A stretch of 64,000 nucleotides of DNA, taken from NCBI GenBank assembly GCA_017993955.1, contig JAGOLR010000003.1, forward strand, positions 6,878 through 70,877, in the 5' to 3' direction. Positions 8,682 to 19,292 of this stretch are shown here, one piece after another. The notes beneath the pieces were generated by a model. That model worked only from the letters and a program-made list of their open reading frames with translations, was not told where the DNA came from and searched no databases. Made by a program: the position numbers and the translations under genes. The stretch comes from Candidatus Omnitrophota bacterium. GTDB taxonomy: Bacteria > Omnitrophota > Gorgyraeia > 2-01-FULL-45-10. Numbering within the stretch: position 1 is the first letter of the stretch; each line of letters starts with the position of its first letter.

Positions 8682-9403
8682 TCATTGTACGCAGCAATAT
8701 TTTAGCAATGTTTCGTCCAGGGTTGCCAACAAACCGCTCTACACTTCTCGTGAAGATAAGCCGGCATGGGTTAATTCGGTATTTAGCGATATTCTTAAAG
8801 AATCCCACACAGTGCTTGACGTGGGGTGCGATATGAAACAACTGGGAAGGCTGCTCTCCGATAGGATCGCATACAAAGGCATAGATATATGCGGTAAACC
8901 GGATATTAAATTGGACCTTGATCAAACGCTTAAAATTCCTTTTGCAGATAAAGAATTCGATCTCGTATTTTTGCGCCGAAGTTCTCGAGCACCTGGAAAA
9001 CTTCCACGCTATATTTGATGAGTTATGCCGGGTCTCTTCAAAGTATCTACTTATCAGCCTACCCAATGCACTTGCAGGAGTGCAGCTATATTATGCGAAT
9101 AAGATATATACGCGCGATCCCGAATCACGTAAAACGTTTGGAAAGCATATGAAGTTCTACGGTCTACCGCCAGAGAGGCCTTTTGACAGGCATCGTTGGT
9201 TTTTCAACGCCGAAGAGGCAGTAGAATTTATGTTATACCGCTCGGGAAAGAACGGCTTTGAATTAAAGGAAGTTCTTCATACCTTAGACTGCGAAAATAA
9301 ATATATAAATATATTTAGGCTTATCGCATCGGGTTTTGATAGAAAAAGAATGATAAATAATTATAGCAATACTATATGGTTCTTGTTGAGAAGACGATCA
9401 TGA
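8671..9403 (+). pseudogene. class I SAM-dependent methyltransferase interrupted by a +1 frameshift in a T5 run (8968-8972)
   Basis: Frame 1 gives '...VLDVGCDMKQLGRLL...DKEFDLVF'. Frame 2 continues 'CAEVLEHLENFHAIFDELCRVS...', so the DLVF-CAEVLEHL methyltransferase motif is split. Removing one T restores one 244-aa ORF. Confidence 0.65.
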
Positions 9404-10575
9404 CTCGCGGGCTTAAAGACATAAAGCTGGCTTTGTTTTTTTCTGCTGGCGTTGGACTGGATGTTTGGGCTGCTAACGGCATGCTTGATCGAGAGCTTGC
9501 TCTTTACAAAGCGCTTTCCGCGTGCCTGGCAGAAGTTGATTTCATCACTTATGGAGGCGTCGGAGATCTAAAATATGCGGACCACGTTAAAGAAATAAAT
9601 TTGTTCGCTAACCCGTGGATCAGGAGACCGCATAAACTTGAAAAATATCTTTTAACATTAAATTCGGCTATAGTACAAGCGCGTCAGCATAAATTATTCA
9701 AGAACGTGGATGTGTTAAAGACTAACCAGATAAGCGGCTCGGAAGTGGCAGTTTCAGTAAAAAAGAAGTTTGGCAAAAAACTTATAGTGAGATGTGGTTA
9801 CGTGCCTTCCAGACTTATGAATATAGCATCCGGTCATTCTATTAGCATGGCTAATTTAGGTAATCCCCGAAGCATTTATGTAGCTGAAAAGAGCGCATTT
9901 GCCAATGCAGATGTCGTAATAGTGCCTACGGAAAATGATAAAAAATGGGTGATGGAGGTATATAAGACAGAAAATTGTAAGATTAGGGTATTGCCTAATT
10001 ATGTTGAGACGGAACGGTTCAAGGAACAACCATATGTCGAAAAAAAATACGACATTGTAATTGTTGCGCGAAACTCCCATGAGAAAAACATACCCAGCAT
10101 AATAGACGCCCTGAAATATCTGAAAAGCGAAGGTATTGATCTGTCAGTCATCTTTGTGGGGTCGTCAGGTATGTCTGATGTGGTGCAAAAGAATAAGGAG
10201 CTGTTTAATATAACAACGGCTGGTAATGTAGAAAGCAAAGACATGCCGTTCATTTATTCATCGTCAAAAATATTTCTAATAGCGTCATTTTATGAAGGCA
10301 ATTCCAAGGTGCTTCTTGAAGCAATGAGCTGTGGGTTGCCTTGTATAGGCACCGATGTTGATTCTATAAATACCATTATAACCCACCGCAAGACCGGATA
10401 TCTTTGTCGAACGGATGGCGTCGCCATTGCGAATGCGATAAAGGATGTTATCAGGGATGAGCACCTTCAGAAGGCTATGGGGCAAAACGCCAGGCGTCTT
10501 GCAATAGACCGTTTTTCAATAGAAGGCATTATAAAAGCAGAATTGGATATAATCGGAGAAGTGGCGCAAAAATAA
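9400..10575 (+). CDS. glycosyltransferase family 4 (GT-B, GT1/GT4 superfamily)
   Basis: The C-terminal 'EGNSKVLLEAMSCGLPCIGTDVDSINTIITHRKTGYL' has the E-x7-E-type GT4 motif. ATGA overlap with the upstream ORF. Confidence 0.75.
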   Translation: MTRGLKDIKLALFFSAGVGLDVWAANGMLDRELALYKALSACLAEVDFITYGGVGDLKYADHVKEINLFANPWIRRPHKLEKYLLTLNSAIVQARQHKLFKNVDVLKTNQISGSEVAVSVKKKFGKKLIVRCGYVPSRLMNIASGHSISMANLGNPRSIYVAEKSAFANADVVIVPTENDKKWVMEVYKTENCKIRVLPNYVETERFKEQPYVEKKYDIVIVARNSHEKNIPSIIDALKYLKSEGIDLSVIFVGSSGMSDVVQKNKELFNITTAGNVESKDMPFIYSSSKIFLIASFYEGNSKVLLEAMSCGLPCIGTDVDSINTIITHRKTGYLCRTDGVAIANAIKDVIRDEHLQKAMGQNARRLAIDRFSIEGIIKAELDIIGEVAQK

Positions 10576-10578
10576 ATT

Positions 10579-11625
10579 ATGGTAATACCCGAAACGTCTG
10601 TTATTATGAGTGTTTTTAACACTGAGGCCTATCTCGCTCAAGCTATTGATAGCGTGCTCAATCAGACGTACCGCGATTTCGAGTTTATAATCGTAAATGA
10701 CGGCTCTACCGATCACACTCTAAACATGCTAGAGGAATATAAGAAAAAGGATGACCGTATAGTACTGATGGATAACCGCAAAAACATAGGAGTGGCTAAG
10801 TCTCTCAATATAGCATTGAATGCATGCAGGGGCAAATATGTTGCCCGTATGGATCCAGACGATATCTCTTTGCCAGGCAGACTATTGGCGCAGATTACAT
10901 ATATGAATGCTAATCCTGATGTAGGGCTTCTTGGAAGTTGTGTTAAAAGCATTGACGAGAAAGGCCGCGTTACGGGAGCATGGGCATACCCTTGCGATGA
11001 TTTATCGATAAAATGGCGGCTATTGTTTTCCAATGCTTTTGCTCATCCCTCAGTTGTTTATAAACGAGGTATAGTTCTAGGGTTTGGAGGTTATAATGAA
11101 TATATCGGAAGCGGCATTGATTTCGATTTGTGGGTAAGGATGAGTGCCTCAACACGAATGCATGGTTTGAAAGAGTTTTTAGTTTTGTGGCGCACACACC
11201 CAGAATCCATGACCGCAAAGTATGGAGAGCGTAGAAAAAAGGTATATTTATCGGTCATCAGGGAGCATATAAGTAATTATCTAGGTATCGTAATATCAAG
11301 CAAGCAGGCTGAGGAGCTTTATAGAATCGAATCCGGATATAGCGCTTCGACATCTCAAGATGTCGCAGAAATATCAGATCTCATGGAAGATATGTATTTA
11401 AAATTTATGAAAAAGCACGCAGTTCGCAGTGCTTTTTCCAAGAATTATCTTTTATCTTCTATGCTTGTCAAAAATGCAGCGATCAATGTGCGAAGATGGC
11501 CGGCAGCTTCTATGCGGCTAATGAGTCTTGCGGCTACAAAATATTTTTCACCCCGAGCATTCACAGAGCTTTCGTTATATAAGTCTCTAGCCTTATCTAT
11601 AGCCGGTAAGGTGCCAGTATGCTGA
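10579..11625 (+). CDS. glycosyltransferase family 2
   Basis: 'SVIMSVFNTEAYLAQAIDSVLNQTYRDFEFIIVNDGSTD' and a DxD-like motif 'ARMDPDD'. Confidence 0.8.
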   Translation: MVIPETSVIMSVFNTEAYLAQAIDSVLNQTYRDFEFIIVNDGSTDHTLNMLEEYKKKDDRIVLMDNRKNIGVAKSLNIALNACRGKYVARMDPDDISLPGRLLAQITYMNANPDVGLLGSCVKSIDEKGRVTGAWAYPCDDLSIKWRLLFSNAFAHPSVVYKRGIVLGFGGYNEYIGSGIDFDLWVRMSASTRMHGLKEFLVLWRTHPESMTAKYGERRKKVYLSVIREHISNYLGIVISSKQAEELYRIESGYSASTSQDVAEISDLMEDMYLKFMKKHAVRSAFSKNYLLSSMLVKNAAINVRRWPAASMRLMSLAATKYFSPRAFTELSLYKSLALSIAGKVPVC

Positions 11626-12476
11626 TCAAGCCAGAGCTTGTAAAAAAAATAAACATGTATTTTCATGACGAAGAATCCAGGAATTTTGAGAAAAGGCATA
11701 CGACTCGCATCAAGGAAGAGCTTGATTTTTATGCCGATTTTTTTAAAAAAAATTTGGTAAATAAAAACCCGCATCCAAGAGTGCTGGATATAGGATCAGG
11801 AACTGGGCTTGTAGGCCAGGCGATGGGATCGTACAATGTAAGGCTGGTCTCTACCGATATATCTTACAATATGTTAAGCGTTGCCAGGAAAAATGTTGGC
11901 AGCGGGATTAAAAAAAATATTGATTTTGCCATTTGCGACGCCGAGAAATTGCCTTTTTGCGACGGCGCGTTTGATATAGTGACATGTAATGCCGCGATGC
12001 ACCATTTCCCTTCACCGGCAAAATTCATTGCAGAAGCCATGCGGGTCCTGTCCCGCTGCGGTTGTATGGTTGTAGGCTTTGAAGCGAATAGGAGATTCTG
12101 GTCGAATGCCACTCTGTCTATTATGTATAGGATATTTAGCAAACTGACCAAAGCGTCAAAGGACCATGGACATACAAGCTACGCTGATATCTGTTTGTCT
12201 GTAAATGAAAGGCTTGTGGCCGAGGGTGTTATATCCAGCCATATAAATAGCGTGGATATGCTCAGGCTCGTTGATATACACTCCCCAAACTCGGGACAAA
12301 AGATCGATAGGGATGAAGGCTTTGATGCGGTGTGGTTAAGGGATAATTATTTTAAACCTTATGAATGCACCATATATTATCATTATAGCGGATTGCCAAA
12401 ACTTATTGAATTTATTAATAGGTCAGTATTTGCTGCGAGCGCGCCAAAATTTAGCCTTATCATAAAAAAGAAATAA
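11619..12476 (+). CDS. class I SAM-dependent methyltransferase
   Basis: 'VLDIGSGTGLVGQAM' (motif I) and 'FDIVTCNAAMHHF'. Confidence 0.75.
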   Translation: MLIKPELVKKINMYFHDEESRNFEKRHTTRIKEELDFYADFFKKNLVNKNPHPRVLDIGSGTGLVGQAMGSYNVRLVSTDISYNMLSVARKNVGSGIKKNIDFAICDAEKLPFCDGAFDIVTCNAAMHHFPSPAKFIAEAMRVLSRCGCMVVGFEANRRFWSNATLSIMYRIFSKLTKASKDHGHTSYADICLSVNERLVAEGVISSHINSVDMLRLVDIHSPNSGQKIDRDEGFDAVWLRDNYFKPYECTIYYHYSGLPKLIEFINRSVFAASAPKFSLIIKKK

Positions 12477-12481
12477 ATGAC

Positions 12482-13603
12482 ATGAAAAAGATTTTATTCG
12501 TTGTAGTGCATCTAAATTACGGAGGGGCTGAGGTCGGTCTTCTGACGATATTAAAGAGCATTAATAAAGATTTATTTGATTGCAGGGTTGTTTGCATTGA
12601 AAAGAAAGGTCCTGTCGGCGAGGCTATCGAGGCGCATGGCTTACAAGTGACGTATCTGAACGATAATGCTCGTTTATATAATATAGGCCTTTTTTTTAAG
12701 ATCCTGCGTATTCTTAAAAAAGAGAGGCCCGACGTACTTCATACTTCCTTATTTTATGCGAACTTTTTTGGCAGGGTAGCGGCGTTGTTTTGCAGACCTC
12801 CTGTCATACTGTCGGAAGAGAGAAGCATGTATACCGAAAAACGTTTTTATCACGTTATTATCGATCGTATTCTATCAAAGATAACGGATAGGATAATAGT
12901 ATGTTCGCAATCGGTGCTTGAGTTTACAGCTAACCAGGAAAAGATAGATAAAACCAAGTTCTGCCTTATATATAACTCTGTCGATGCGGGTAGATTTCCG
13001 GCTTCTGAAAATACCAGTGCCCTGAGGGAGAAATATGGTTTGCCAATAGAAGGATATATTGTTGGTTCTGTCGGATCTTTGATATCCAAAAAAGGTCACG
13101 AGGTACTCATAGAGGCTGCTGCTATCCTCAGTAAAGATATTACCGATCTTAAGGTCATTATCGTCGGAGAGGGCGGGAGAAAAGATGATCTGGTCGCTCT
13201 CGCGTCAAAACTTGGCCTTGGGAAGCGCGTGGTGTTCATGGGGCCGCGTGATGATGTGCCGCAGATGATGAAGATGATGGATATTTTTGTGCTTCCGTCA
13301 TTTCAGGAAGGTTTTCCGAGAACTGTCATTGAAGCCATGTATACAGAGATTCCTGTTGTAGCGACAAATATAAGCGGCATACCCGAGATAATATCCGATG
13401 GCGATAACGGAATACTTATACCAGCAGGAGATGCCAACGCTATAGCCCAAAAATGTCTTATGCTGTACCGAAACCCCGGCCTTCGTAAAAGCATAGGTAT
13501 CAATGCGAAGAAGAAAGTGGAGTCGGGGTATATGCCGCAAGATTACTCATGCCGGCTGGAAGGATTGTACTCCGAATGCTTAAAGGAGAAGGCGCGTGCG
13601 TAA
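12482..13603 (+). CDS. glycosyltransferase family 4
   Basis: 'KILFVVVHLNYGGAE' and the C-terminal 'PSFQEGFPRTVIEAMYTEIPVVATNISGIPEII'. Confidence 0.8.
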   Translation: MKKILFVVVHLNYGGAEVGLLTILKSINKDLFDCRVVCIEKKGPVGEAIEAHGLQVTYLNDNARLYNIGLFFKILRILKKERPDVLHTSLFYANFFGRVAALFCRPPVILSEERSMYTEKRFYHVIIDRILSKITDRIIVCSQSVLEFTANQEKIDKTKFCLIYNSVDAGRFPASENTSALREKYGLPIEGYIVGSVGSLISKKGHEVLIEAAAILSKDITDLKVIIVGEGGRKDDLVALASKLGLGKRVVFMGPRDDVPQMMKMMDIFVLPSFQEGFPRTVIEAMYTEIPVVATNISGIPEIISDGDNGILIPAGDANAIAQKCLMLYRNPGLRKSIGINAKKKVESGYMPQDYSCRLEGLYSECLKEKARA

Positions 13604-14660
13604 AATAGTTACCATAGTAGGTGCAAGACCGCAATTTATCAAGATGCCGCTTGTTTCAAAAGCTTTAAAATCTTTGGGTATCAAAGAGATAGTAATTCAT
13701 ACCGGACAACATTATGATAAAAATATGTCGTGTTTATTTTTTGAAGAACTCGGCCTTCGAAAACCTGACTACAACCTGAGAGTGAAGAATGGACCGAGTT
13801 ATTTGCAGCTGGCAGATATGTTGTTCGGATTAGGAAGGGTTCTTGCAAAGGAGCGCCCAAGCCTTGTGCTTCTATATGGGGACACTAATTCGACACTGGC
13901 CGGGGCCATAGCCGCAGTCAAGGCAGGCATAAGGATAGCGCACATAGAAGCAGGTCTAAGAAGTTTTAACGCAGATATGCCTGAAGAAATTAATAGAGTT
14001 CTCACTGATAGTGTCTCCAGTATATTCTTTTGCCCTACGCGTACCGCTTTGAATAATCTAAAAAAAGAAGGCAAAATAAAGAATGCCTACCTTGTTGGTG
14101 ATGTAATGTTCGATTCTATAAAATACTTTAGCAGTAAGTTAAAAAAACCTGCGACAAGGGGCAGATATATACTTTGCACTGTCCACAGAGCTGAAAATAC
14201 CGATGATCCTTGTAGATTGACAGAAATATTTTATGCATTGGGCAAGGCAGGTGAGAAGGTTGTGATGCCGCTTCATCCGCGAACTGCAAAATATATCAAA
14301 AAATACCGTATAGGCATAGAATCCAATATAGAGATTACTTTGCCCGCGAGTTACTTTGAGATGCTGAGCTTAGAAAGAAATGCGGATATTATAGTAACGG
14401 ATTCCGGCGGAGTGCAGAAAGAGGCGTATATATTTGGCATACCCTGCGTTACTTTGCGTAATGAAACAGAATGGGTTGAAACAGTGTCGAGAGGTAATAA
14501 TTTTTTGGCCGGAGCAGATAGTGGCAAGATATTGGCTATGTTGCGAAAAGCGGCTGGTATTAAAAGAAATCGCGCTGCGTCGAAATTTTACGGAGATGGC
14601 TTTGCGCACAATCGTATAGCCAGGATAATAAACAAGAGTTTGATGAATGATGAAAACTAA
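13596..14660 (+). CDS. UDP-N-acetylglucosamine 2-epimerase (non-hydrolysing), WecB/WbpI-like; GTG start
   Basis: 'IVTIVGARPQFIKMPLVSKAL...IHTGQHYD' and 'DSGGVQKEA'. Confidence 0.85.
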   Translation: MRKIVTIVGARPQFIKMPLVSKALKSLGIKEIVIHTGQHYDKNMSCLFFEELGLRKPDYNLRVKNGPSYLQLADMLFGLGRVLAKERPSLVLLYGDTNSTLAGAIAAVKAGIRIAHIEAGLRSFNADMPEEINRVLTDSVSSIFFCPTRTALNNLKKEGKIKNAYLVGDVMFDSIKYFSSKLKKPATRGRYILCTVHRAENTDDPCRLTEIFYALGKAGEKVVMPLHPRTAKYIKKYRIGIESNIEITLPASYFEMLSLERNADIIVTDSGGVQKEAYIFGIPCVTLRNETEWVETVSRGNNFLAGADSGKILAMLRKAAGIKRNRAASKFYGDGFAHNRIARIINKSLMNDEN

Positions 14661-15621
14661 AAAGATATTGATAACAGGCGTTGCCGGTATGATCGGTTCA
14701 CACCTATCCGACCTTCTTCTTGAGAAAGGATTTAAGGTAGTGGGTATGGATGATCTTTCTGTGGGAAGGCTGGAAAATATACAGCATAATTTGCGCGATA
14801 TAAACTTTCGGTTTGTTAAGGGCAGCATCCTAGATACCAAAGCTCTTGAGTCAGCTGCGAGAAACGTGGATACCATAGTTCATCTGGCAGCTTCAAAGAA
14901 GATAGGCGAAGCTGGCGACGCTTTTAAAACGCTTATCATCAATGCGGATGGTACAAGGAATGTTCTTGAGGCTGCCAAAGAAAAACGGTTGAAGGTCATA
15001 TATGCCTCAACTTCCGATGTGTACGGAGTTTCTAAGGATATACCGTTCAGGGAGGATGGGGACCTGGTTATAGGATGCCCTACCGCGAAAAGATGGTCAT
15101 ATGCCATATCGAAAGCATACGGCGAACAGATGGCATTTGCTTATTATAAAGAATTTGGTGTCCCAATAGTTGTTATAAGATATTTTGGAGGCTTTAGCCC
15201 CAGAGCGAGCTTTAGTGCAAGCGGCGGGCATATACCGCTATTTATTGACGCGATACTTAATGACAAGACTATTGTTATACATGGAGATGGCGGGCAGACG
15301 AGATCGATGGGGTATGTGAGCGACCTCGTTGATGGTACAATACGGGCATTGGCGAACCCCGATGCAATTGGCGAAATATTTAATATAGGTAATGATGAGG
15401 AAGTAAGCGTTATAGATTCTGCCTATATGATCCATAAGATCGCAAGTACCGGTAAAAAAATTAAAATAAGGTTTGTACCGCAAAAAAAAATCTTTGGTAC
15501 CTATGAAGATATCAAACGCCGAGTGCCATCGCTGAGCAAAGCCAGGAAACTTCTTGGTTACAGACCCATGGTGAACTTAGCTGAGGGCATAAGGATAACT
15601 ATTGAGGCGCGCAGGAGATGA
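14647..15621 (+). CDS. NAD-dependent epimerase/dehydratase (extended SDR), specificity unknown
   Basis: 'ILITGVAGMIGSHLSDLLLEKGFKVVGMDDLSVG' and 'YAISKAYGEQM' (YxxxK). Confidence 0.75.
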   Translation: MMKTKKILITGVAGMIGSHLSDLLLEKGFKVVGMDDLSVGRLENIQHNLRDINFRFVKGSILDTKALESAARNVDTIVHLAASKKIGEAGDAFKTLIINADGTRNVLEAAKEKRLKVIYASTSDVYGVSKDIPFREDGDLVIGCPTAKRWSYAISKAYGEQMAFAYYKEFGVPIVVIRYFGGFSPRASFSASGGHIPLFIDAILNDKTIVIHGDGGQTRSMGYVSDLVDGTIRALANPDAIGEIFNIGNDEEVSVIDSAYMIHKIASTGKKIKIRFVPQKKIFGTYEDIKRRVPSLSKARKLLGYRPMVNLAEGIRITIEARRR

Positions 15622-16997
15622 CGAAACAGAAAACCGTTTTGCTTATGCATCCACGACCCATATATCCACCTATGGCAGCATTGTATCTAGCCGGAGCGCT
15701 CGAGAGAGCCGGAGTGCGGTGTGAGATTTTGCCATCAAATTGCTCAAAAGACGAGTTGGCCAATGTGGTAGAATCCATAAAACCTGATGTCGTGGCGATG
15801 TCCGTTATAACTTCTCAGGACATACCATTTTTTGTCGGTCATGCAAAGTTTGTGAAGAATAGTTATTCTTCCATTCCAGTCGTGTGGGGAGGCATACACC
15901 CATCTTTGAATGCCGAACAGTGCGCGAGCGAGGATTTTATAGATTATGTGATAACCGGGCATGGCGAAGCCGCGCTTCCTGAATTTATGCAAAACCTCGG
16001 AGCATTGCGGTGCTCGGGTAAGATAATAAGAGGTTCGAGCGTTAAGGATATGGATGGCTATTCGCCGATGTGGGAAAAGATAGATATATCGAAGTTCGTA
16101 TTTCCGGAAGAATATTCCGTGCATAGCCCGGATAAAATAGCTTACGATGCAAACGGTCATAAAAAGAAAAATAATATATTTTATTATTTGATTACAAGCA
16201 GGGGGTGCGTTTATAATTGCACATTTTGCTCGGAACCGCTGGGCGTGATAAACAGGACCAGTGATGGCAGAAGGAATTGGAGTGCTCATTCTTTTGAATG
16301 GGTTAAGCGGGAGGTTACCTATATAAAAAATGAGCTTGGTAAAAAAAATATAAAACTCGACGGCATAGGCATATGGGATGATATGTTCTGGGTTGATATG
16401 GAAAGGTCCTATAGGATACTTGATTTACTTAAGTCGGAGAACCTTGGTTATTTTATAGAAGCCAGGGCAGACCAGCTTTTAAGAGATGACGCAGCGCTGC
16501 TTCGCAAACTGGGAGATACCGGGTGTATACAGGTATTCGTTGGGGCAGAGTCTGCCGACCAGACGACATTAAATTATCTGCGCAAAGGAACCAAATTTAC
16601 GGATTATGTTAAACTGATCGAGTTGGGCGAGAAATGCCATGTTGCCGTAAGGTTGTCCTTAATAATAGGGTTTCCGGGCGAGACAGACGATAGCGTTAAT
16701 AAGACTCTGGATTTTTCGGATTGGGTTTCGGCTAAAAAAGGCTATGCTTCGATAAGCGGCCCAAAAATATTTACTCCATACCCAGGCACTGTTGAGTTTG
16801 ACCGGGCAGTGGCTAGAGGACTTGTTATACCCAAGGATACCGTAGGATGGGGTGAGATACATAGGAAATCCGAAAGATATATCGCTCTATACCCCTGGCT
16901 TACGCAAAATCTTTTGCCCGATACCATAAAAAGGCTTGAGAAGCTTTTAGCTCGGTGCGGAGATTCAGTAAAAACAAACGAACCTGTTTTTAAATAA
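15618..16997 (+). CDS. B12-binding domain radical SAM protein (class B radical SAM)
   Basis: The N-terminal cobalamin-binding-type domain is followed by 'ITSRGCVYNCTFCSEP' (CxxxCxxC). Length is 459 aa. Confidence 0.75.
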   Translation: MTKQKTVLLMHPRPIYPPMAALYLAGALERAGVRCEILPSNCSKDELANVVESIKPDVVAMSVITSQDIPFFVGHAKFVKNSYSSIPVVWGGIHPSLNAEQCASEDFIDYVITGHGEAALPEFMQNLGALRCSGKIIRGSSVKDMDGYSPMWEKIDISKFVFPEEYSVHSPDKIAYDANGHKKKNNIFYYLITSRGCVYNCTFCSEPLGVINRTSDGRRNWSAHSFEWVKREVTYIKNELGKKNIKLDGIGIWDDMFWVDMERSYRILDLLKSENLGYFIEARADQLLRDDAALLRKLGDTGCIQVFVGAESADQTTLNYLRKGTKFTDYVKLIELGEKCHVAVRLSLIIGFPGETDDSVNKTLDFSDWVSAKKGYASISGPKIFTPYPGTVEFDRAVARGLVIPKDTVGWGEIHRKSERYIALYPWLTQNLLPDTIKRLEKLLARCGDSVKTNEPVFK

Positions 16998-17000
16998 TTT

Positions 17001-17618
17001 ATGAATAAATTGCTGGCAAATCTAGCATTAAAATTGCAGAAAGAGCAGGGTTTTGCTTTAAAGACAATCCTTGCTGCGAATGAGATGTATATACGCTTCT
17101 ACGCGTTATTTCTTCGGCGAAATATAAAAGTTGAAAGGATCGAGATAAAATTTTCGGCAAACCACTTAGAATTGGTAATGAGACGCCTTGATGCGAGCGA
17201 TATCCCCCGACTTGAATATTTTTTCAAGCATTCCATAAATACTAAAAGTGCAGCTTTTATTATGCCGCACAGGACCGATCGGGTGTCTTTACAATACCTG
17301 TTTGGTAAAACATCCCACATTCCTATGGGGATATTCTGCGGTGATGCTCTTGTGGGCTATGCGTTGATAAGGCTCTTATTCCCGGATAGAGCCTCTTATT
17401 CTATATTCGTAGCTGACAATTGGCAGGGTAAGGGGATAGGCACTGCGGCCCTGGAAATGCAGCTTGGCTTGATAAAAGATCTGAAATTTAAGCCGTATTC
17501 TGCAGTATGCAAGAATAATGCGAGATCGATAGGGATGCTAAAGAAGTTGAATATAGAATTTACCCAAGATTTAGGGGATTGTTTTGAGGTCAAAGATATG
17601 GGTTGTAGAAGGAGATGA
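17001..17618 (+). CDS. GNAT-family N-acetyltransferase
   Basis: 'FVADNWQGKGIGTAALEMQLGLIKDL' shows an acetyl-CoA-binding motif. Confidence 0.6.
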   Translation: MNKLLANLALKLQKEQGFALKTILAANEMYIRFYALFLRRNIKVERIEIKFSANHLELVMRRLDASDIPRLEYFFKHSINTKSAAFIMPHRTDRVSLQYLFGKTSHIPMGIFCGDALVGYALIRLLFPDRASYSIFVADNWQGKGIGTAALEMQLGLIKDLKFKPYSAVCKNNARSIGMLKKLNIEFTQDLGDCFEVKDMGCRRR

Positions 17619-18598
17619 CGACACCATCCGCTAAGCTTAGTTGTTCCGTATCGGTCGATGTTGACTCTTTCGATTCTCTTTGGCGGTTCTATTGCGGTAA
17701 AAGAGCCAACCTTTGCGGACCAGACCCGGTATACAGATATGCGGTGCCCAGGTTTCTGAAACTTTTCGACGAGTGTAATCTTAAAGCGACTTTTTTCGTT
17801 GTTGCGAATGACTTTGTTGGCTCAAATCAAAACAGGGAGATTTTAAGGGATATTATTTCGAGAGGGCATGAAGTCGCTAACCATAGTTTGAACCATGAAT
17901 TTGCATTCTCATCGCTTTCTCGGCATGATAAAGAAGCAGATATTATAAATTCTACGGATATTATAAAGGATGCCTGCGGTGTTTTGCCTCGCGGTTTTAG
18001 AATACCAGGTTATGACATAGATGAGGTAACAATAGATATTTTGGACAAAAATGGGTATCTTTACGATTCATCGCTCTACAAATTCCCTTTGTACCCTTTT
18101 TTGCGTAGACTGGCTTATATGAAGATCAAGGGTGTTTTAAAAAATCCGATATTTAATAATCTAACCGAAGAAACTTACCGGATTTTGCAGTCACCCATTA
18201 TGCCGTATCACCCCGTTTACGGTAAGTTCTGGAGGGTAGGCAAAACAGAGAGAAAAATATTGGAAATGCCTGTTAGCGTAATCCCATTATTGTGTTTACC
18301 ATTTAATAGTACTTTTTTATTTTTGTCTGGAAGGCCTTTGTTTGAATTGGGCTTATGGATGACCGAGAAGATGGGTATAGATTTGAATTATAATTTTCAT
18401 TCAACAGATATGCTTTCATCGATCAACGATGATGTGCATGTGAAGCATCCCGGTATCGGATTGGACTATAAGAAAAAGTTCTTTATATTCAAGAACATGA
18501 TAAGCAGGATCAGACGAGCGTACAATTTTATTACTTTAGAAGAGTTAGCGAAAAAATCCTATCATGAATGTGGAAAAGCGCATGGAAGTAACAAATAA
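17615..18598 (+). CDS. polysaccharide deacetylase (NodB-homology, CE4 family)
   Basis: 'KATFFVVANDF...GHEVANHSLNHEF' matches NodB motifs. Confidence 0.75.
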   Translation: MTTPSAKLSCSVSVDVDSFDSLWRFYCGKRANLCGPDPVYRYAVPRFLKLFDECNLKATFFVVANDFVGSNQNREILRDIISRGHEVANHSLNHEFAFSSLSRHDKEADIINSTDIIKDACGVLPRGFRIPGYDIDEVTIDILDKNGYLYDSSLYKFPLYPFLRRLAYMKIKGVLKNPIFNNLTEETYRILQSPIMPYHPVYGKFWRVGKTERKILEMPVSVIPLLCLPFNSTFLFLSGRPLFELGLWMTEKMGIDLNYNFHSTDMLSSINDDVHVKHPGIGLDYKKKFFIFKNMISRIRRAYNFITLEELAKKSYHECGKAHGSNK

Positions 18599-19286
18599 AG
18601 AGATAAGGCTGCGAAGGTTTTATGGGGATGTAGCCCGTGTGCAGAACAGGGCTATTCTCGGTTTTATGACGGGTGTGCGCGTTCTGGATGTCGGTTGCGG
18701 CTATGGATGTCTTGTAGATCAGATAAAAAGAGAAAAAACAGGTATCGAGGTAATTGGTATTGATGTCGATCCGGAATCAATAAAAATTGCCAAAAGTATG
18801 TATGGTATCGATGTGAGGCCGGTATCTGTTTGTAATATGAATTTCCCGGACGGTTATTTCGATACGGTTATATTGAGAGAGGCTGTCCATCATCTCTATC
18901 ATGAAGCAGATTTTGCAAGGGCAATGTCTGAAATAGGGAGAGTTTGCAAAAAAGAGCTTATAATATTCGATCCCAACCCAAATTGGGTCGTAAAGTTATG
19001 CAGAAAGATAATAAGACACAGCGATCCGGAAGCGGACCCGACCTCTATTATGAACGCTATCGAAAAAAACGGATTCAAGGTCACCTCTTGTATATGGAGG
19101 GACGTAGTTGCGTTCCCTGCGAGCGGAGGTTTTGTGGGGAGAGAAATCGTGCCAAATAACAGTTTTATCAAAAAGTACATTTTGTTGATAGATGAATGGC
19201 TTAATCTTATATGTAGGAAGCTGCGTATACAGCGATATATCTGTTGGCGTTATATCATATATGCTACTAAAAAACATCACATATAG
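18564..19286 (+). CDS. class I SAM-dependent methyltransferase (the start may be the ATG at 18582)
   Basis: 'VLDVGCGYGCLVDQI' and 'FDTVILREAVHHL'. Confidence 0.7.
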   Translation: MNVEKRMEVTNKEIRLRRFYGDVARVQNRAILGFMTGVRVLDVGCGYGCLVDQIKREKTGIEVIGIDVDPESIKIAKSMYGIDVRPVSVCNMNFPDGYFDTVILREAVHHLYHEADFARAMSEIGRVCKKELIIFDPNPNWVVKLCRKIIRHSDPEADPTSIMNAIEKNGFKVTSCIWRDVVAFPASGGFVGREIVPNNSFIKKYILLIDEWLNLICRKLRIQRYICWRYIIYATKKHHI

Positions 19287-19292
19287 CCCGAG

